From positions 1,696,001-1,760,000 of the forward strand of contig CAVYXA010000001.1 of assembly GCA_963772365.1 (NCBI GenBank): a stretch of 64,000 nt of DNA, written 5' to 3'. The DNA is from an uncultured Verrucomicrobiae bacterium (GTDB lineage: Bacteria > Verrucomicrobiota > Verrucomicrobiia > Chthoniobacterales > UBA10450). Every line of letters starts with the position of its first letter. The first letter of the stretch is position 1. Under the pieces are notes generated by a model. It had not been told where the DNA came from. It was given only the letters and a program-made list of their open reading frames with translations, and searched no databases. Position numbers and translations under genes: made by a program. Shown here piece by piece: positions 58,278 to 64,000 of this stretch.

Positions 58278-58621
58278 TTTGATTCCTTTCCGGAAATTTC
58301 TCAGACAGGATTAACTCCGAAAGCCTTCGCGAGCACGCAGGATTTACGAATTCAGTTCAGAAGAGAATGGCAAGGTTTAACCAGATGTACACAGATTCCG
58401 GAACCTCGAATCTTCTTTCTCATCTGTGTTTGAAACTCGCTCGGCTCCCGCCTCTCTCGTCGCTACCCATCGCCACTTTACCTTCTATGTCATTCATCCC
58501 GCTCGCTCCATTCTTCTGTGTCAACCTGTGGCCTGATTCTGCTCGGCGCGTGGGCCGATGCTGAGGGCGCCCATCGGCTTGCATCGCGGCGCGGCATTCG
58601 CTTCATCAAGTCGTCTTCGCC

Positions 58622-60421
58622 TCAATGTTTCGGTACGAAGGGCCAGAAGATCGGGATGAGAATGCTGGCTACGATCCAGAGAAGGATATTGAGCGGCGCG
58701 CCGATCTTTGGAAAATCGGAGAAGCGGTAACCACCCGCGCCGAACACGTAAGTGTTGGTTTGGTGTCCGATCGGGGTCGCGAAGCTGGCTGCGCAGCCGA
58801 ACATGATCGCGACCGCGAACGGTCGCGCATCGACTCCCATTGCGGCCGCAATTTCGAACGCGATGGGAGTCAGAAGGACGGCGACCGCGTTATTGCTAAT
58901 CAATTCGGTGAGCAGCGTCGCCACAAGGTACGTGACCGAAAGAGTGACGGCCGGTCCGAAGCGACCGACCGCACCGGTCACCCCGCTGGCGATGAGATGG
59001 GCGGCACCGGTTGTCTCCATCGCGGTGCCCAGCGCGAGCATTCCCAAAATCATGTAGAGGATTCTCCATTGCACCGCTCCGCGCGCCTCTTCGATATCGA
59101 GGCAGCGAGTGACAACAACGAAGATGGCGGCAATCAATGCCAGAGCGGCGAGCGGCAGGACGTGGAACGCGCCGAGCACGATGACGCTCGCGATGGCTAT
59201 GACCGCGAGTGGCGCTTTTTCCCGACGGAAAGCGCGCTGGGTCGGCTCGGTCAGACTCAGGAAATCACGTTCCTGCATCAGGCGATGGATTCCCTCGGCT
59301 GGTCCCTGCACAAGGAGCGTGTCGCCAAAGTCCAGTTTCACGTCTTCGAAATGTTCGCGCAGGTTTTCGCCTTGACGGTGTACCGCAAGGATGTGGACGC
59401 CGTATTCCTTGCGAAAATTGAGATCGCGTAGCGTCTTACCGAGAAATGTGGAGCGGTTTCCGAGGATTCCTTCCATCAGGACGGCTTCGCGCTCGCCGGT
59501 AGTCGCAACGCCGAGCTCGGCTTCCGATTGGAAAAGCACGCCGGGCATTTCCTTGATTCCCTTGACTCCGGCGACGGGGGTTTCGAGCAGTAGTTGGTCG
59601 CCGGCGGCAAGGCGCAGGCTTTCGAGCGGCCTCTCGATTCTCTCGCCGTTGCGCACCACGTCGATGATCCGTGCCTCGCGCAGCCGCGCGAGCGGAGTCT
59701 CGGCGATGGTTTTCCCGAGGAGCGGTGAAGCGTTGCTGATCACCGCCTGGGTGAGAAATAGCCTCGGCATTCCGCCGCCGATGAGGGCCGCGAGGCTCTC
59801 ACGGTAGGGCAAAAGTTTGCGGGCAAAGATGAGTAGGTAAACGACTCCGATACCCGCGTAGATGAGTCCGAGCGGCGTGATTTCAAACATCCCAAACGGC
59901 GCGAGACCTCGACTATGGGCGATTCCGTTTACGAGCAGATTAGTCGATGTGCCGATGAGAGTGCACGTGCCGCCGAGGATCGAGAAATACGAAAGCGGGA
60001 TGAGAAGGCGCGAGGCTTTCAGGTCGGTGTCGCGGGCCAGGGTCAGGACCACCGGCACGAAGACCACGACCACCGGCATGTGGTTCACCATGGCCGAAAG
60101 CGGCAATGTCAAAAGAGCGAGGGCGAGTCGGGCTCGCCATTCGCTCTTGCCGGCCAGCCGCATAAAGACCCGGGCGAGCGAATCAATTGCGCCCGTGCGC
60201 TCAAGGCCTGCACTTAAGACGAACATGCACCCGATGATGATCGGCGCGCTGTTGCTGAAGACAGCGAGCGTCTCATCTGTACTCAAAATGCCCGTGGCCA
60301 AGAGCACTCCCATCGCGCCTAACGCCACCAGGTCAGGCGATGCCCACTCGCGCAAAAAGGCGGTGAAGACGACAACCACAAGCGCGAAGACGATTATGAG
60401 ATGAAGAGTATGCACGCTCAT
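58622..60421 (-). CDS. SLC13/CitMHS permease with TrkA-C domains
   Basis: LGGTCTLIGTSTNL, two TrkA-C repeats, TELISNNA, SFATPIGHQTN. Confidence 0.92.
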   Translation of the reverse strand: MSVHTLHLIIVFALVVVVFTAFLREWASPDLVALGAMGVLLATGILSTDETLAVFSNSAPIIIGCMFVLSAGLERTGAIDSLARVFMRLAGKSEWRARLALALLTLPLSAMVNHMPVVVVFVPVVLTLARDTDLKASRLLIPLSYFSILGGTCTLIGTSTNLLVNGIAHSRGLAPFGMFEITPLGLIYAGIGVVYLLIFARKLLPYRESLAALIGGGMPRLFLTQAVISNASPLLGKTIAETPLARLREARIIDVVRNGERIERPLESLRLAAGDQLLLETPVAGVKGIKEMPGVLFQSEAELGVATTGEREAVLMEGILGNRSTFLGKTLRDLNFRKEYGVHILAVHRQGENLREHFEDVKLDFGDTLLVQGPAEGIHRLMQERDFLSLTEPTQRAFRREKAPLAVIAIASVIVLGAFHVLPLAALALIAAIFVVVTRCLDIEEARGAVQWRILYMILGMLALGTAMETTGAAHLIASGVTGAVGRFGPAVTLSVTYLVATLLTELISNNAVAVLLTPIAFEIAAAMGVDARPFAVAIMFGCAASFATPIGHQTNTYVFGAGGYRFSDFPKIGAPLNILLWIVASILIPIFWPFVPKH

Positions 60422-60650
60422 GGCTTAGCCGCAGATTTCAGACCGTGGCTGTTTTCGCCGACAATGCCGCCTACTACAATCGTGAAATTGTCGCTCTGCC
60501 GTCCGCGCCGAAGCACGCGCAACTATTCGATTACGAGCGGATGCTGGGATTACCCATATCTTCCATTTCGACTCAGGAGAAGATTCTTGATCAAGACCGC
60601 ATCTGGCAGAGAATTGACCCGGGCCCTGAATTAAAACAATATACGCGAAC

Positions 60651-61598
60651 ATGATTGTTCCGAAACACGATGTGATTTCTCGACGCCGAGCAACGAAGTT
60701 GATTGGCTCAACTTTTCTCGGTGCATTGCTACCGATTGGTAGATCGTTCAGCTCCGCGGCCGACAGGACTCCTCTGCGGCGCTCGGTTCCATCTACGGGT
60801 GAAAAGATTCCCGTCATTGGCTTGGGAAGCGCGAGAACATTCGATGTTCGCCCCGGCTCACCCGACCTAAAACCGCTCGGTGATGTGCTGGAACGTTTTG
60901 TGAAGCTGGGAGGTAAACTGATCGACTCGTCCCCGATGTATGGAAATGCGGAAAGAGTGATTGGTGATCTCGCGGGGAAAAGGCATGTGCGCGATTCACT
61001 TTTCATTGCCACCAAGGTCTGGACCAAGGGCAAGCAGGAGGGAATCTCCCAGATGGAACACTCCATGGAGCGTTTTCAAACCGGGACGATTGACCTGATG
61101 CAAGTGCATAATTTGTCCGATGTAGAAACTCAGATGGCTACGCTGCGCGAATGGAAGTCGGCGGGAAAGATTCGCTATACCGGAATCTCGTATTCCGAGG
61201 ATCGCGGCCACGCAGAAGTAGAGCGGGTGATGAAGGCGCAGAAGCCTGATTTCGTGCAGATCAATTATTCACTGGTCGATCGGGCTGCGGCTCGGCGTAT
61301 CTTGCCGCTGGCCCAGGAACTTCATATGGGAGTCGTCATTAACCGTCCGTTTGGCGGTGGCGGTATATTTCAGGTGATCTCTTCAAAGCCGCTGCCAGCG
61401 TGGGCTGCCGAATTCGATTGCCACTCGTGGCCTCAATTTTTATTGAAGTGGATCGTTGCTCACCCGGCAGTCACCTGTGTGATTCCTGCCACAAATAATC
61501 CCCAGCACCTCGAAGATAACATGGCGGCCGGAGTTGGCCGGCTTCCCGATGCCAAAACTCGACAGCGAATGGCCTCCCTCTTCGTCGGATTCGATTAG
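60651..61598 (+). CDS. Aldo/keto reductase with Tat-like leader
   Basis: SRRR leader, IPVIGLG, IDSSPMYGNAE, FIATKVW, IDLMQVHNL. Confidence 0.9.
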   Translation: MIVPKHDVISRRRATKLIGSTFLGALLPIGRSFSSAADRTPLRRSVPSTGEKIPVIGLGSARTFDVRPGSPDLKPLGDVLERFVKLGGKLIDSSPMYGNAERVIGDLAGKRHVRDSLFIATKVWTKGKQEGISQMEHSMERFQTGTIDLMQVHNLSDVETQMATLREWKSAGKIRYTGISYSEDRGHAEVERVMKAQKPDFVQINYSLVDRAAARRILPLAQELHMGVVINRPFGGGGIFQVISSKPLPAWAAEFDCHSWPQFLLKWIVAHPAVTCVIPATNNPQHLEDNMAAGVGRLPDAKTRQRMASLFVGFD

Positions 61599-61603
61599 AC
61601 GAC

Positions 61604-63253
61604 TTAATCCTTCTCCTGAGAGAGATAAAGTTTGGCCTCGCTGACAACCTGTCGCGTTCCGATATCGGCAACTTCGACAAGTTGTTTATAGAAGGCCCGT
61701 GCTGCTGGTTTATCGTCGAGGGCAATGGCGGCACGAGCGGCGCCAAGCAGGCTGTTAAAGCGATGCGGATAAAGATCGAGTGATTGCTTGTAGGCAACAA
61801 GCGCAGCAGCGGGCTGCTTTTGCTCCATGAAAAGGTCTCCCAAAAGTTCGAGCGCCGGAAGAGTTGGTCCGGGTGTGACCGCGGCCTTGGGTGTTGATGT
61901 TTCAAGATCGACAGCTTCTTTCATTAGGGCGACGCTCGATTCTCTTTGTCCTTCCAGATGGGCTAGCCACGCGTTTAGCTCAAGGCGAAGCACCCGGATA
62001 TTTCGGGCAAACAATTCCTCCTTTGCGTTACGCGTCGTTTCTTCAAGTTCTTCGAGACGCTTCGCTTCTAATTTGGCGTCGTCGATCTTACCCAGATGCG
62101 CCGCACCGAGACCGCGGGCGAAGCGAACAATCGATTCCGGCCAGGTGAAATGGTCCCAATCAAGGTTCGCAGGTTCCCGCGGTTTGATCGAGATCGCCTC
62201 GTTCCACGCGCGACGTTCGAGAGCGTAACGCGCCTGAGTCGAGGCGAGATGAAACGCCACTTTAAACGTCGGCTCCAAATGTTCGGTTGCGCGCAGTCGT
62301 TTCAATTGCGCTGCCGCCTGATCGTCTGCGCCCTTTTGGAGATAGGCGTAAATGAGATACTCAACCGCGTGCGGAAACTCATCCCAAACGAACTCGCCAT
62401 GTTCGCCGACAGGATATTTCAGAGCTGCATCCGCTGCTCGGAGATTTCCGCGGATCGATCCGTTCCAGTCGCCGAGCCTCGTATAAATATGCGTCGGCAT
62501 GTGCAACGCGTGTGGATTATCGGGTGCGACGTCCTCGTATTTGCGGGTGATCTCGAGCTGTTCGCGTTCGCGACCGGGGACATCGTTAGCGTGAATCAAA
62601 TAATGCATCGCCCCTGGGTGATCCGGATTCTGTTTGTAAATCCGGAGAAGAATCTCGGCAGCGCGATCCGAATGCTCGTGGGAAATTTTATCTGCTGGCG
62701 CGGTCGCCAGATGCGCTAACGCGTAGAAAGCACCAGCCTCCGGATCATCCGGAAATGCTTTGTAAGTTTTTTCCATTGCCTGTTCCCATCGCCGAATCCG
62801 CAGCCAGTAATCGATCGATGTTGGATCGACAAAGAATGCTTCCGCTGCAGCGACGAAGAGCTTTTCTCGTTCTGTGGGAGGTTTGAGCGCTTTGGCTTTT
62901 TGCACTTCGTCCCAACCCAGTTGAAGAACTTTAGGTGAGGGCCGAGTCGGCCAGAGGGGCTGGAACAAAGTCATCGCTACGCCCCAATGCGCCATTGCGC
63001 ATTTCGGATCGATCGCTGCTACGTGCTGAAACGCTGCGCGAGCTTGCGGGTAAGTCATGTGATGCAAGAGAGCGACTGCTCGATTGAACTCCACTTGCGC
63101 TTCTTTCGAACACGATACCGGGAAATTGACCGTGCCCAGGCTGTGCTCGGCGTGTTGATCCGGCTGATCTGCATGAGCCGTCAGATAAATGCTGAAGAGA
63201 ATCGCGATATTGAAACCGAGATTCACGAAAACATTCCGATGCGGATGCTTCAT
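61604..63253 (-). CDS. Exported TPR protein
   Basis: LGTVNFPVSC, DPKCAMAHWG, PDHPGAMHYLIHA, PHALHMPTHIY. Confidence 0.8.
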   Translation of the reverse strand: MKHPHRNVFVNLGFNIAILFSIYLTAHADQPDQHAEHSLGTVNFPVSCSKEAQVEFNRAVALLHHMTYPQARAAFQHVAAIDPKCAMAHWGVAMTLFQPLWPTRPSPKVLQLGWDEVQKAKALKPPTEREKLFVAAAEAFFVDPTSIDYWLRIRRWEQAMEKTYKAFPDDPEAGAFYALAHLATAPADKISHEHSDRAAEILLRIYKQNPDHPGAMHYLIHANDVPGREREQLEITRKYEDVAPDNPHALHMPTHIYTRLGDWNGSIRGNLRAADAALKYPVGEHGEFVWDEFPHAVEYLIYAYLQKGADDQAAAQLKRLRATEHLEPTFKVAFHLASTQARYALERRAWNEAISIKPREPANLDWDHFTWPESIVRFARGLGAAHLGKIDDAKLEAKRLEELEETTRNAKEELFARNIRVLRLELNAWLAHLEGQRESSVALMKEAVDLETSTPKAAVTPGPTLPALELLGDLFMEQKQPAAALVAYKQSLDLYPHRFNSLLGAARAAIALDDKPAARAFYKQLVEVADIGTRQVVSEAKLYLSQEKD

Positions 63254-63389
63254 ATGACAAACCTCGCGGGCATTTGCGCTTTGGCCATTCACCATCTTTT
63301 CACGTCCAGATCTTATCTAACATGCGAAATTCTTTGTGCCCGCGAAAAAACAGGAATAAACCCGCACCGCCGGTTCTCTTGTCTCTACT

Positions 63390-64000
63390 ATGAAGAACAA
63401 GCAGTATTTCAACGAAAGGTTGCAAGACCCTCGCGTGACAAGACACGGTGGTGTGGTTTTCGGTGCCCACCCTTGGATTGACAGAAATTCTTTTTCGACG
63501 GCGTGTGGGAAAGAGGCGAGACATTTCGGCTGCAGAAAGCTCGCATCTACATTTCTCGCCATCCTGGCTCCGATCATATCTCTTCCCTCTTTGATGGCTG
63601 CAGACCACGCGAACTTACCAGAGGTTGTCCAGAATTTCGTCGAGCAGAAAGTCATCCCGGATGACGGCATGGGAGACGACGGCTTTGGTTACGCCGTCGC
63701 CGTTTCCGGCACGACGGCCATGGTGGGCGAAGCCAAGGCCCTCGTCAACCAGGGCCGAGGTGAGGTCTATGTTTATGCGAGATCGAGGGTTGGTTGGATC
63801 CAGACACAGAAACTTACCGCCAGCGACGGCGCACCTGAAGATGGATTTGGCTCTTCCATTGCCGTCTCGGGCAACACCGCCATCATCGGCGCCATCGACG
63901 TGAACGACGACCGCGGTGCAGTTTATATTTTCAGATATTCCGGCGGCACCTGGAGCGAGACTCAGAAGCTGACGGCAAGCGACGGCGAGCAACTCGACTG
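63390..64000 (+). CDS. FG-GAP repeat exported protein (runs off the window; absent from the ORF track)
   Basis: Open frame: DGFGYAVAVSGTTAMVG...EVYVY...W.QTQKLTASDG..DGFGSSIAVSGNTAIIGA. Confidence 0.85.
   Translation, partial: MKNKQYFNERLQDPRVTRHGGVVFGAHPWIDRNSFSTACGKEARHFGCRKLASTFLAILAPIISLPSLMAADHANLPEVVQNFVEQKVIPDDGMGDDGFGYAVAVSGTTAMVGEAKALVNQGRGEVYVYARSRVGWIQTQKLTASDGAPEDGFGSSIAVSGNTAIIGAIDVNDDRGAVYIFRYSGGTWSETQKLTASDGEQLD

Noticed and set aside
60445..60654. 69-aa ORF overlapping the aldo/keto reductase start
   Set aside because: Could be a real small gene or a 3' remnant, but I recognise no motif or RBS, so it is left uncalled.
1..64000. tRNA, rRNA or prophage structural genes
   Set aside because: None recognised by eye; a covariance-model search would be needed to exclude small RNAs in intergenic gaps such as 2571-2811, 6553-6928 and 58278-58621.

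Overview
A moderately GC-rich bacterial chromosome segment, most likely from a soil Verrucomicrobiota (Chthoniobacterales/Spartobacteria-like). This is inferred from a PEP-CTERM protein, a secreted protein with a 'VSRKxHG..GxFDIDLP' plus dockerin-like C-terminus, and the overall protein style. Most of the window is housekeeping or metabolic: pyk, a sigma-70 factor, comM/yifB, dcp, yajQ, hpt, thiG, polX, glgA, mntH/mntR, glpX, ggt, otsAB, panD, rpmB, homoaconitase and a beta-decarboxylating dehydrogenase. Two accessory zones stand out. (1) At 29.2-34.7 kb, a broken RHS locus is built around a Y1/HUH (RAYT-like) transposase. Its 26-bp hairpin ends occur 8 times, define internally deleted mini-copies, sit at the truncation points of three unrelated genes, and are flanked outside by 'stuttered' variable-length copies of the end sequence. 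(2) At 50.5-57.3 kb, a toxin-antitoxin/defence island is punctuated by three copies of the 3' end of the dehydrogenase gene, with no integrase in the window. Across the window, several families of small palindromic elements (about 21-61 bp) sit in frame inside conserved enzymes (Hpt, ComM, PolX, GGT, HMG-CoA lyase) and nest inside larger REP-like repeats. No rRNA, tRNA or CRISPR array was recognised. All family calls are by motif recognition only; no database search was run.
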